In this document: in pieces, positions 41,211-50,846 of the stretch
Layout of the letters: each line of letters starts with the position of its first letter
Position numbering within the stretch: the first letter of the stretch is position 1
NCBI GenBank assembly: GCA_965263355.1
Contig: CBDHHL010000032.1
Location: 896,001 to 960,000 of the forward strand
DNA length: 64,000 nucleotides
Reading direction: 5' to 3'
From: Leptolyngbyaceae cyanobacterium
GTDB lineage: Bacteria > Cyanobacteriota > Cyanobacteriia > Phormidesmidales > Phormidesmidaceae
Translations under genes and position numbers: made by a program
The notes under the pieces: model-generated
Seen by the model: the letters and a program-made list of their open reading frames with translations, nothing else
What the model was told of the DNA's origin: nothing
Database searches by the model: none

Positions 41211-41993
41211 ATGTTAAATCTTGCTCGTATTATCGTAGTGGCTCGCAATGTCTTTCTAGAAGTCATTCGCGATCGCATCCTATACCTGGCTGGGTTGTTT
41301 GCACTGCTGATGGTTCTGGCGTCGGTAATGCTGCCCCAAGTGGCTGCGGGCACTAGTGACAAAATCTTTTTAGACCTGGGGTTGGCAGCCATCAACCTAT
41401 TTACCCTGGTGGTCGCTATTTTTGTTGGCACCAGCTTGGTCAATAAAGAAATTGAAAAAAAGACGGTGCTGGTCTTACTGGCCAAGCCCGTCAGCCGATT
41501 TGAAATTATCCTGGGCAAACATTTGGGACTGGCTGCTGTAATTGGGGTTTTGATGCTAGTTCAAACGGGGATTTTTATCATCCTACTGACGGTTCAGAGC
41601 ATTGAGTATCCAGCGGGGAGTATGCTGGTTGCGATCGCATTTATGTATCTCGAAATGCTGCTGATCATCGCCATCACCATCGTATTTGGTGTATTTACCA
41701 GTTCGCTATTGGCCACACTGCTCTCCTTTGGTACCTATCTCGTCGGTCACCTCAGCACCGACCTACTTAAACTTAGTCAGCTAGCCGAGTCCCAAGGCTT
41801 CCAAAAAGCTGTAGAAGCCATGTATTTGGTGCTGCCTGACCTGGAACGGTTTAACCTTAAAAACGAAGCTGTTTATGGTGCAGCGTTGTTGCCCGGTCCT
41901 GGCACCTTAGCCTTAAACGTGCTGTATGGCATGATTTACACGGTTTTGTTATTAATCATTGCCGGTAATATTTTTACTCGCCGTCAGTTTTAA
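41211..41993 (+). CDS. fraE: FraE, ABC-2-type permease-like protein
   Basis: VIRDRILY, KEIEKKTVLVLLAKPVSR, LPDL...LKNEAVYG; follows fraCD. Confidence 0.82.
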   Translation: MLNLARIIVVARNVFLEVIRDRILYLAGLFALLMVLASVMLPQVAAGTSDKIFLDLGLAAINLFTLVVAIFVGTSLVNKEIEKKTVLVLLAKPVSRFEIILGKHLGLAAVIGVLMLVQTGIFIILLTVQSIEYPAGSMLVAIAFMYLEMLLIIAITIVFGVFTSSLLATLLSFGTYLVGHLSTDLLKLSQLAESQGFQKAVEAMYLVLPDLERFNLKNEAVYGAALLPGPGTLALNVLYGMIYTVLLLIIAGNIFTRRQF

Positions 41994-42131
41994 GGGCATC
42001 CAACTCGGTCGCCTCACCCTCTAACAGTAAGCATGTCTAACATTATGAGACTTGAAGAGGTCATGTTCATAGTCTCCAGGGGCTCATATCACCACTTAAA
42101 ATGGAAGCTAGTTCTGTAGAAACGTTCCATT

Positions 42132-42779
42132 ATGGTTAGTGCAGCTCCTTTAGTTAAGCAGCCTGTACCAAAGCCAGTGGGTGAACAGCGGGTGGTATTT
42201 AACTCGCTTACCTGGCAAGGTTTTTTAACGATGCGGCAATCGCTGAGTCCAGATCGCAATACGCGATTAACTTACTTAGAGGGGACATTAGAAATTACGA
42301 TGCCGCTTGAGATCCATGAGTTTTCAGCCTGGTTAATTGGGCGTTTCATCTACATTTTAGTATCGGAACTGGGTATGGAACTCAAGACTATGGGCTCAAC
42401 GACACTGGATCGGCAAACGTTAGATCGATCGGGTGAACCCGATGCGGCCTACTATATTCAGAATCAACCATTAGTAGCGGGGCGGGATGTAGATCTAGAA
42501 AAGGACCCACCGCCGGATTTGATTGTGGAAGTAGATATCACCCATACGGATATTGATAAGTTGCAACTGTATGCAGCGATGGGTGTACCCGAATTTTGGC
42601 GGTATAACGGAGAAGTTTGGCGGATTTACCAGTTACAGAATTCTGATTACGAGGAAGTGGATCAAAGTCCCACATTTCCCCAGGTCCCTAAGACCAAACT
42701 ATATGGGTTTTTATCGACAGCTAGAGAAAATGAGATGAGGGCCGATCGAGAATTACGAGCGTGGGTGAGAACTCTGTAG
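42132..42779 (+). CDS. Uma2 family (DUF820) PD-(D/E)xK endonuclease-like protein
   Basis: GTLEITMP, EPDAAYYIQN, PPDLIVEVDIT, GVPEFWRYNG. Confidence 0.92.
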   Translation: MVSAAPLVKQPVPKPVGEQRVVFNSLTWQGFLTMRQSLSPDRNTRLTYLEGTLEITMPLEIHEFSAWLIGRFIYILVSELGMELKTMGSTTLDRQTLDRSGEPDAAYYIQNQPLVAGRDVDLEKDPPPDLIVEVDITHTDIDKLQLYAAMGVPEFWRYNGEVWRIYQLQNSDYEEVDQSPTFPQVPKTKLYGFLSTARENEMRADRELRAWVRTL

Positions 42780-42871
42780 TTTGTCCACAGACTACTTTCT
42801 AGCTGACTGGAAAACTGTGTACTACCGAATGCGCAGTTAGTTACACTATGGCTGTCGTCACCTGTAAAACT

Positions 42872-43030
42872 ATGACAGCTCCACAACCAGGCGTTTCCAT
42901 TTCCAGTAGCACCGTCTCTGGTGAGAACATTAACCAGGGCGATAATAATCAGGTAGTACAGGGCGATGGCAACCAGGCCGTCGTCGGCAATGTCGGCACC
43001 TGGTTAGGCATCGCCGCATTATTTGCCTAA
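42872..43030 (+). CDS. Micro-protein with an amyloid-like Q/N/G motif and a short hydrophobic tail (putative NLR partner, or an internally deleted effector)
   Basis: MTAPQPGVSISSSTVSGENINQGDNNQVVQGDGNQAVVGNVGTWLGIAALFA; aligns without gaps to the N-terminus of the downstream NACHT protein. Confidence 0.6.
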   Translation: MTAPQPGVSISSSTVSGENINQGDNNQVVQGDGNQAVVGNVGTWLGIAALFA

Positions 43031-43146
43031 AAAAAATCCTTATCCCGAACCCCGACCAATCCCCACGTAGGTTGGGTTGAACCTCCCATACCCTAATCCT
43101 CACATCCCCCCCTACATCCCGCGAAACCCAACAAATCCGATACCCC

Positions 43147-45239
43147 ATGCCCCATCCCCCCGAGCATGAATTTGAAATCGAAAATTCCTCTGTGCAAGAC
43201 ACCAACATTGCCCAAGGCGATCATGCTCACACCCTCCAGGGCAATCAAAACAAAGCCAATGTCGGCAACCATAATGTCCAGGTAGATGGCCAGGGGCACA
43301 CCGTCATCGTCCAAACAGCCCCCACCGAAAAACGCCCCCACTTGGAGCACATCCTGCTAGACGAAGTGGCCAACGAAGTCAGCTACCGACGGCAGCAGTC
43401 ATTACACAATCAGGTCTTTATCGAACTGGGTAAAACACAAGCCCCAGAGCAGATTCGTTGCCCATGGGCCATGGAAGTGAAAATAGGCAAACAAGCCCCG
43501 GAACCCATTCCCCATGGTCAGACCATCGCCGATGTATTTGAGCGGGATGACATTAAAGGAAAATTGCTCATCCTAGGTCAGCCAGGAGCAGGCAAAACCA
43601 CCACCCTGCTAGACCTGTCTAAAGCATTGTTAGAAAATGCCCAGCAAGACGCCACCAAACCTATTCCCGTTCTGTTTAACCTATCTAGCTGGCGGGATGA
43701 CAAACAAACCATTGCCCAATGGCTGGTAAACGAACTGCAAGAAAAATATCAGGTGCGCGAGGCCAAAGGGCAGGAACTACTAGAAGCTAAAAAGCTACTG
43801 CCCCTGCTAGACGGTTTAGATGAACTGGCAGCCCAGCGCCAGGAGGGTTGTGTAAAAGCTATTAACACCTGGCTGGGGTCAGACCTGGGTGTGGGCAAAG
43901 TAACTGTATGCAGCCGCATACATGAATATGAGACCTACAAAACGAAGCTAGCGCTCAATGGCGCAATTTGCCTACAGTCGCTAGAGAAAGCAGAAATAGA
44001 ACAATATTTGCAACGGACTGGCAAGACCAAACTCTGGCCCGTGATCAGTCAAGATAAAACTGTTTTGGACCTGGTGCAGGTGCCCCTATGGTTAAGCGTA
44101 TTGACCCTGGCGCAGGATGAACTAGATCTAGAAAAGTGGTCACGGTTAGAGACAGATAAAGAAAGGCTGACGCTGTTGCTAGATGCCTATGTGAGTTCGC
44201 GGCTGGCGGCACCGCTGAACGAGAAAAATTGTAAGTACTACAAACTGAGTAAAGTCCCTACAGCAAGGAAAACCCGTCATTGGCTGGTGTGGCTAGCCCA
44301 GAATATGGGTCAGGATGAGTTTTTAATTGAGCGTATGCAGCCTGAGTTGTTAAAGACCCGTGGTGAAAAGTGGCAGATGCGTCTGCTTGGATGGCTTATT
44401 TGGGTCTGATTTTGTCTGATTGGAGTTGTGAGTCTGATTGCGGAAGTGGCCTGGGTCTGGTTGATTTTCTGATTTGGGGTCTGAGTTTGGGTCTATTTTT
44501 AGGTCTGAATTGGGGTCTGATTTGGGGTCTGATTTGGGGTCTGATTAGGGGATTATTTGGGTCTGATTCAATTGATACTGTTGAGGTTTTGAAAATAAGT
44601 TTTTCGCGGCGCGAAAAATATTTTTCAACCAACTGATTGTGGGGTCTGATAGTGGGTCTGATTGGGGGGGGATTTTGGGTCTGGTTTTGGGGCTGCTTGA
44701 GGGTCTGATTGTGGGTCTGATTGGGGGTCTGATTTGGGGTCTGATTATTTTGGGGTCTGATTGTGGGTCTGATTGTGGGTCTGATTTTGGGTCTAGTCGA
44801 AGGCTTTAAAGCTGACATTCAAACTCAAGTACAGCCAAACCAGGGCATTCTCAACTCTGGTAGAAATACCCTATTTTTGTTGGTCATTTCTGTTCCCACT
44901 GCTCTTTTACTGTGGTTCGCTTTGCCCCCTATACTTGCCAGCACCAACCTATTAACCAGTGATGAAATTGCCACCACTACTGCATCAGGAATTGCCATTC
45001 TTTTTTGGAGCACATGGGCCTACGGCGGCGGCGACGCCTACCTCCGCCATTACGCCCTCCGCTTCGTCCTCGCCCGCTCCGGCAAAATCCCCTACCTCTA
45101 CGCCAACTTCCTCAACTATTGCACCGAGCGCCTACTGCTCCAGCGCGTCGGCGGTCGCTTTCGCTTTTTACACCGCACCCTGCAAGAACACTTTGCCACC
45201 ATGCCATTAGAAGATTATGGTCAGGGAATGAAACCTTAA
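43147..45239 (+). pseudogene. NACHT (STAND/NLR-like) NTPase with C-terminal GLIx-repeat membrane region, broken by several frameshifts and stops in the repeat tract
   Basis: Walker A GQPGAGKTT, Walker B LLDGLDE, PLWL; the ORF 43147..44409 continues in shifting frames through GLIxGLIx repeats into 44763..45239 (PNQGI, LRHYALRFVL, LLQRVGGRFRFLHRTLQEHFA). Confidence 0.85.
44400..44797 (+). repeat. Degenerate 12-bp tandem repeat GGTCTGATTNNN (Gly-Leu-Ile-X) in two blocks
   Basis: Many GGTCTGATT units at about 44400-44570 and 44640-44797 with a variable fourth codon and indels. Confidence 0.9.
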
Positions 45240-45289
45240 AACAACTCACATCCCTTGATGGGTAGGCATTTAGGCTCAATCGGTTGGAT

Positions 45290-45310
45290 GGTGGGCCGTG
45301 CCCACCCTAC
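45290..45310 (-). repeat. REP-like GTAGGGTGGGCACGGCCCACC element
   Basis: GGTGGGCCGTGCCCACCCTAC at the Uma2 stop; partial relatives near 47341 and 58043. Confidence 0.55.
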
Positions 45311-45888
45311 AGGATATTCTCTACGTTTAAAACAAAGCCGGGCAAAACATCTCCGCCATCAATCTGTTGCGGAACTTGCAATACTTCCACAACTTGCCCT
45401 GGACGATAAATCTCTACCGTTTTATTTTGCGGGTCAATCAACCATCCCAACCGCACATCGTTTTCCCGATACTCTTCCATTTTTGCCTGCAACGTCGTCA
45501 ACCGATCCGTTGCCGAACGCAGCTCAATCACAAAATCAGGCGCAATGGGCGGAAACTTTTCTCGCTCTGTTGCACTCAACGCCTCCCAACGACTGAGCTC
45601 AATCCACGATGCATCTGGAGAGCGCTCTGCACCATTCGGTAACTTAAAACAGGTGGACGAATCAAACGTATAGCCAAGTTTGGTTTGTCGATTCCATAGA
45701 TTCAGATCAGTCGTAATATCAGCATTACGACGACCACTTTCACCACCTGTGGGGGGCATAATAATCAACTCTCCCTGGGCGGAACGTTCAAATTTTACAT
45801 CTGGGTTGGCTCGACAAAGCTGATAAAACGCCTCGTCTGTCAGCTTGCCAATGGGATCAAGGGTAATAGTGAAAGCGGTCATAGACAA
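45307..45888 (-). CDS. Uma2 family endonuclease-like protein
   Basis: GELIIMPPTG, RSPDASW, PDFVIELRS, LGWLIDP, VLPGF. Confidence 0.92.
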   Translation of the reverse strand: MSMTAFTITLDPIGKLTDEAFYQLCRANPDVKFERSAQGELIIMPPTGGESGRRNADITTDLNLWNRQTKLGYTFDSSTCFKLPNGAERSPDASWIELSRWEALSATEREKFPPIAPDFVIELRSATDRLTTLQAKMEEYRENDVRLGWLIDPQNKTVEIYRPGQVVEVLQVPQQIDGGDVLPGFVLNVENIL

Positions 45889-45941
45889 AAACGCTAAGAT
45901 TAGCCATTACTGACTCAAATTATAGAAGATCGCTTTATTCC

Positions 45942-47339
45942 ATGAATTATGTCAAACCTTGGGCGACCCTAATCACGGCCCTCGCTGTTCTGTTTCCCAC
46001 CACTTCGGTCAGTGCCTACTGCCGAGCTGATCTCACCCAAGAAATTGATGCCATTGCCGCTCAGCCTAGCCTAAAAAAAGCTCGTCTTGGTGTACTGATC
46101 GAAACCCAGTCTGGGCAGGAAATTTATAATCGCGATGGCGAGCGCTACTTTGTACCAGCCTCTAATGTTAAGCTGCTGACCACAGCAGCGGCCCTAACAA
46201 GCTTGGGGCCTAACTTCACCATTCGCACCTCAGTCTACGGTCAACCCGAAGCGAACAGCTTGCAAGTAGTGGGCCGGGGCGACCCCACCTTTAGCGATGA
46301 GCAGCTCAACAACCTGGCCAATCAACTCAAAACCCTAGGTATTACTAATATCAGTACCCTGCTTGGCAATGACACTTATTTTGCTGGCCCCACCGTTAAC
46401 CCCAACTGGGAATGGGAAGACGTCCAGGCCGGTTATGGAGCCTCCGCCAATAGTCTAATTCTCAACGCGAATGAACTGGGCCTAACCCTTTATCCCCAAG
46501 CGGTTGGTCAACCCCTGCGCATCGAATGGGACGACCCCACCCTGCAACGCCAGTGGCAGATCGAAAACTTCTCCCGGTCAGTTAGCGCTGGCCAACCAGA
46601 ATATGTCGACATTGGTCGCGATTTGAGTCGCCCTATCCTCAGAGTCTACGGTCAGCTGATCGCCGGAGCTGCCCCCGACACTGCCTCAGTCGCCATACCC
46701 AATCCAGCCGACTACTTCATCAACCGCTTTCAAAGCATATTAAGCCGACAGGGCATTACCGTTAACCAAACAGGTCTTACCACCGCAGCCCCCAGCGGCT
46801 CCGAGTTAGCCGCCATTACCTCCCCACCCCTGGCTGAATGGATGATCCGCACCAACCGCAATAGCAAAAACATCTACGCCGAAGCTATGCTGAAATCCTT
46901 AGGTGCAAAAGATCCTGAGGATGCCACCACCGCTGGCATCATGGCCGTAGAAACCATCTTGGAACGTGCAGGCGTCAATCCAGATTTATACGAAATTGTC
47001 GATGGCTCTGGTCTTTCGCGCCATAATCTGGCCACCCCCCAAGCCTTTGTCGATACCCTCCAGGCCATGGCTCGCTCACCGCACGCCACCACGTATCGCA
47101 ATTCCCTGGCTGTTGCTGGCTCTAGCGGAACCCTCCGCAATCGTCTGGGCGGCATTCGCTTTGTTGGCAAAACCGGAGCCATCAGCCACAACGCCTCACT
47201 GTCAGGCTATCTCGACCCAGTCAACCATCAACCCTTAGTCCTCAGCATTATCATCAATAACCTGGACCAACGCGGTGCAGTCCTACGCCGCACCATAGAC
47301 GACATCGTCAAAGTTACCGCTCAACTAAAAAATTGCTAA
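45942..47339 (+). CDS. dacB: D-Ala-D-Ala carboxypeptidase/endopeptidase (PBP4, peptidase S13)
   Basis: PASNVK (SxxK), SKN (SxN), DGSGLSR, KTG. Confidence 0.92.
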   Translation: MNYVKPWATLITALAVLFPTTSVSAYCRADLTQEIDAIAAQPSLKKARLGVLIETQSGQEIYNRDGERYFVPASNVKLLTTAAALTSLGPNFTIRTSVYGQPEANSLQVVGRGDPTFSDEQLNNLANQLKTLGITNISTLLGNDTYFAGPTVNPNWEWEDVQAGYGASANSLILNANELGLTLYPQAVGQPLRIEWDDPTLQRQWQIENFSRSVSAGQPEYVDIGRDLSRPILRVYGQLIAGAAPDTASVAIPNPADYFINRFQSILSRQGITVNQTGLTTAAPSGSELAAITSPPLAEWMIRTNRNSKNIYAEAMLKSLGAKDPEDATTAGIMAVETILERAGVNPDLYEIVDGSGLSRHNLATPQAFVDTLQAMARSPHATTYRNSLAVAGSSGTLRNRLGGIRFVGKTGAISHNASLSGYLDPVNHQPLVLSIIINNLDQRGAVLRRTIDDIVKVTAQLKNC

Positions 47340-47542
47340 ACCGTGCCCACTCAACAGCAATTGGTGGCTGAGCTGGCCGAAGCCCACTCAACAGTAATCC
47401 AGCCATTTGGGAATACTGTTGGGGTATACGCTAAAATATACGTCTTCCTTAATATTTATTTTAGATTTTCTTTTTTTAGTAATTTTTTCACGTCCCCTGT
47501 CCTCTATCAAAGGGGATTACCACTATTTCCTAGTGCCCCACC

Positions 47543-50500
47543 ATGTCTCGTTTCAATTCTCGTCAAGACCACCTCAACTATTACTATCAGCAGATTCAGA
47601 CGGTTATTTTGTCGCGTCAAAACCCAGTCACGGGTCTGCTGCCCGCAAGCACTGCTATTAATACCCATGGGGACTATACCGACGCCTGGGTACGGGACAA
47701 TGTGTATAGCATTATGGCGGTGTGGGGGCTGGCCCTGGCCTATCGAAAAATTGATGAGAATCTGGGTCGTACCTATGAGCTAGAACAAAGTGTTACTAAA
47801 CTGATGCGCGGTTTGCTATTTGCCATGATGCAGCAAACCCCAAAAGTAGAAAAATTTAAGCGCACTCAAGCCCCCCTCGATGCACTCCACGCCAAGTATG
47901 ACACCCCTACTGGCACTACTGTAGTGGGCGACGATGAGTGGGGCCATTTACAGCTGGACGCCACCTCTGTCTACTTGTTGATGCTGGCCCAAATGACCAG
48001 TTCAGGATTACAGATTATCTATACCCATGACGAGGTCGATTTTGTTCAAAATCTGGTTTACTACATTGGTCGTGCCTATCGCACAGCTGACTATGGCATC
48101 TGGGAGCGAGGTAATAAGCTAAACCACGGTAAACCTGAACTGAATGGTAGTTCAGTTGGTATGGCCAAAGCCGCCCTGGAAGCGATGAATGGCCTCAATC
48201 TATATGGCGTGCGCGGCGGTCATGGATCAGTAATCCATGTACTGCCAGATGAAATTGCTCGCACCAGGATTACGTTGGAGTCTTTGCTGCCTAGGGAATC
48301 GGGTTCTAAAGAAATCGACGCGGCACTGCTTAGTGTGATTGGCTTTCCAGCATTTGCGGTGGATAATCTTGATTTATTACAAGCCACAAATAACGCTATT
48401 GTCGAAAAGCTACAGGGGCAATATGGCTGTAAGCGATTTCTTAGGGACGGCCATCAGGCTGTGGTAGAAGATGCTGAGCGCCTGCATTATGAGCCTGGAG
48501 AACTCAAGGATTTTGAGCATATTGAATGTGAATGGCCACTGTTTTTCTGTTATTTGCTACTCAATAGTCTCTTTCGGAATGAAGGCGATCAGGCGGCATT
48601 CTATCGGGAACGTTTGGAGGCCTTGGCTATTAGTAAAAATGGGCTAGATCTGCTGCCCGAGCTATACTACGTTCCCAAGACGGTGATCGAGGCTGAACGT
48701 GATAATCCCCATAGCCAGATTCGTGAACCCAACGACAATGTTCCCCTGGTATGGGCTCAGAGCCTATATTATCTGGGGCAAATGCTTCAGGATAAACTGA
48801 TTACCCTAGGTGACATTGACCCCTTGGCCCGCCATCTTAAAGTGGGACAAAATCGCCGACCCATTGTGCAGGTTTCATTGTTATCGGAAGATAGTGACTT
48901 ACAACAGGAACTGGCTAACTATGGTATCGAAACTCAGGTTTTAGAACAGATCGATCCGGTACAGGTACGGACCTCGACTGATTTGGCTGACCTTTATGCC
49001 CAAATTGGCTGTAATGACAAACTGCAAACGACTGGACGTCCCGATCGTCGTCTGCGCAGCCTGACCACATCCCGGATCTTTCGCATTCAGCGAGAAACGG
49101 TCGTTTTTGTGCCTGCTTTTCTGGACCCCAGCCAGTTTTACATTACCCTTGACTATCACTTTCTGGTGGCCCAGATTCGTAGTGAGCTGGCCTACATCCA
49201 TGAGCATTGGAATGAGCCTGGTCGGCCTACGGTAACATTGCTGTTAACCCATCGTATGTTTGAACTGGGGCATAAGGCGATTAATGATTCCCCATTACTA
49301 CAGTTGATTTTTGAGCTAAAGGATGGTGAATGTAACGGTGTCCCCGTTAAGGTGGGGTCATTGTTCCAAATGATGCTGACAGCGGCCACCGAACGCATAG
49401 AAGATGTGCCTTTAACGAATACGGGTGAGACATTATCGTCCTACACCATGCCCATTTCGGCCTATTTAACACTGTCTGATAACAATACTAAACCGCTTAA
49501 TCAGATTCAGGAACTCGATCTGGAACGCGAAACGGATAGTAGGCAGCTGCTTCAGGCACTAAAGGCATCTGACAATCTATATGAGCAAATCGAACTGACC
49601 AGTAATTTGTGCCGGTTAGAAAATCTGGGTTTTGACACTGGCTGGGGTGAAGAAACTGGAGAACCGGTCATCCTGGCTAATTTACTAAATGAGATTTATA
49701 CGAAGGCAGGGCGTCTAGAGCTGTGGGGCATTGTGCGACGGGCAGCTGGATTACTTAATAAAATGGCCATTGGTTTGGCGGATGCAGCCACCGAACTGCT
49801 AGTCCGGCAAAAGCAAATTGCTGTGGGTAAGGCCTACAGTGAGGCATCGCTGATTACAGACCCACTGTCCCCCCAGGAATTGCTGGCCAAGATTAATGAG
49901 TTTTGTGGTGAGGATATTCGCGATCGCACCCTCAGCCAAGAAATCCTTATTTACCTCAGCGTTTTGATCAAATCAGAACCTGAGCTATTCGAAGGGCTGC
50001 TTACCCTACGAGTCAGCTACTTAATCTTGCTGATCAACAGTGAGATTTGTCGTGAACATTACTGCACCCAGGACGAAGCCTACGAAACTCTCATGGCCAT
50101 GAGCCCGTTTGAGATCAAAATGCGTCTGAGACGTGTATTGGCAGGCTATGAAGGGCTAGATAACAATCTGTTTCGTCAGGAATCTATCCAGGCTCGTAAA
50201 CCTAAATCAGTTAACTGGGTCGTTTTTCCCAAGGCTGAAGAATCAATATCTTCAGAAGAAGACTGGTTACACAAGCGTCAGCGGGAAGGGGGCTTACATC
50301 GTATTCCGGACGATTTTTATCCCCGCATCTGGCGGCTACTCAAGCACTGTAAAGGTATTGTCATTGGTGACAAACTAGAACGCCGAAACCGGCTAATCAG
50401 CGAACTGATCCTATCTGACACCACACCCGAAGAAAAAGATTTCGCGTTGCGTATCGAACATCTTTTCAACAAGATTCAGGCCCCCGAATATCGCCAGGTC

Positions 50501-50782
50501 AATGTCGAAGCCCTGATGGAACTCTCAGAACTTTTCGACACAAACTCTGACTGGCAGATAGACGACTACATCGTTTTAGATGTCCTCGTCGGTCACGCTG
50601 TCCGTCTGGCCTGGATCGAAGGTGGCGATCATCGTGCCCATCGCTATCTTCAAGATAAAGCCAAAGCCTGGCGTTCATTTTACCAAGACTCTCCTCACCG
50701 CTGTGCTCAATACATTGCAAAAGCAATGGAGTTTCTGATCGAACTCAATGAGCTAGGGGCAGGGGAAATGAATTCCCTATAA
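47543..50782 (+). CDS. Glycoside hydrolase 15 / phosphorylase kinase alpha-beta-like protein
   Basis: QNPVTGLLPAS, AWVRDNVY, WGHLQLDA, DYGIWERG, LLPRESGSKE, GCKRFLRDG, ECEWPLF, PEYRQ. Confidence 0.9.
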   Translation: MSRFNSRQDHLNYYYQQIQTVILSRQNPVTGLLPASTAINTHGDYTDAWVRDNVYSIMAVWGLALAYRKIDENLGRTYELEQSVTKLMRGLLFAMMQQTPKVEKFKRTQAPLDALHAKYDTPTGTTVVGDDEWGHLQLDATSVYLLMLAQMTSSGLQIIYTHDEVDFVQNLVYYIGRAYRTADYGIWERGNKLNHGKPELNGSSVGMAKAALEAMNGLNLYGVRGGHGSVIHVLPDEIARTRITLESLLPRESGSKEIDAALLSVIGFPAFAVDNLDLLQATNNAIVEKLQGQYGCKRFLRDGHQAVVEDAERLHYEPGELKDFEHIECEWPLFFCYLLLNSLFRNEGDQAAFYRERLEALAISKNGLDLLPELYYVPKTVIEAERDNPHSQIREPNDNVPLVWAQSLYYLGQMLQDKLITLGDIDPLARHLKVGQNRRPIVQVSLLSEDSDLQQELANYGIETQVLEQIDPVQVRTSTDLADLYAQIGCNDKLQTTGRPDRRLRSLTTSRIFRIQRETVVFVPAFLDPSQFYITLDYHFLVAQIRSELAYIHEHWNEPGRPTVTLLLTHRMFELGHKAINDSPLLQLIFELKDGECNGVPVKVGSLFQMMLTAATERIEDVPLTNTGETLSSYTMPISAYLTLSDNNTKPLNQIQELDLERETDSRQLLQALKASDNLYEQIELTSNLCRLENLGFDTGWGEETGEPVILANLLNEIYTKAGRLELWGIVRRAAGLLNKMAIGLADAATELLVRQKQIAVGKAYSEASLITDPLSPQELLAKINEFCGEDIRDRTLSQEILIYLSVLIKSEPELFEGLLTLRVSYLILLINSEICREHYCTQDEAYETLMAMSPFEIKMRLRRVLAGYEGLDNNLFRQESIQARKPKSVNWVVFPKAEESISSEEDWLHKRQREGGLHRIPDDFYPRIWRLLKHCKGIVIGDKLERRNRLISELILSDTTPEEKDFALRIEHLFNKIQAPEYRQVNVEALMELSELFDTNSDWQIDDYIVLDVLVGHAVRLAWIEGGDHRAHRYLQDKAKAWRSFYQDSPHRCAQYIAKAMEFLIELNELGAGEMNSL

Positions 50783-50846
50783 CCAAAGACCTATCTCTGG
50801 CACCAGCCGCTACAATAGGACACGTTCATTTCACCCCTCGTCCACT

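Noticed and set aside
44396..44818. Minus-strand 140-aa IRPx/NQTP-repeat ORF; possible CRISPR or DGR variable region
   Set aside because: It is the antisense reading of the GLIx repeats. There are no spacers, no reverse transcriptase and no template-repeat copy in the window.
47343..47783. 146-aa ORF
   Set aside because: It overlaps the GH15 gene out of frame and spans an AT-rich promoter region.
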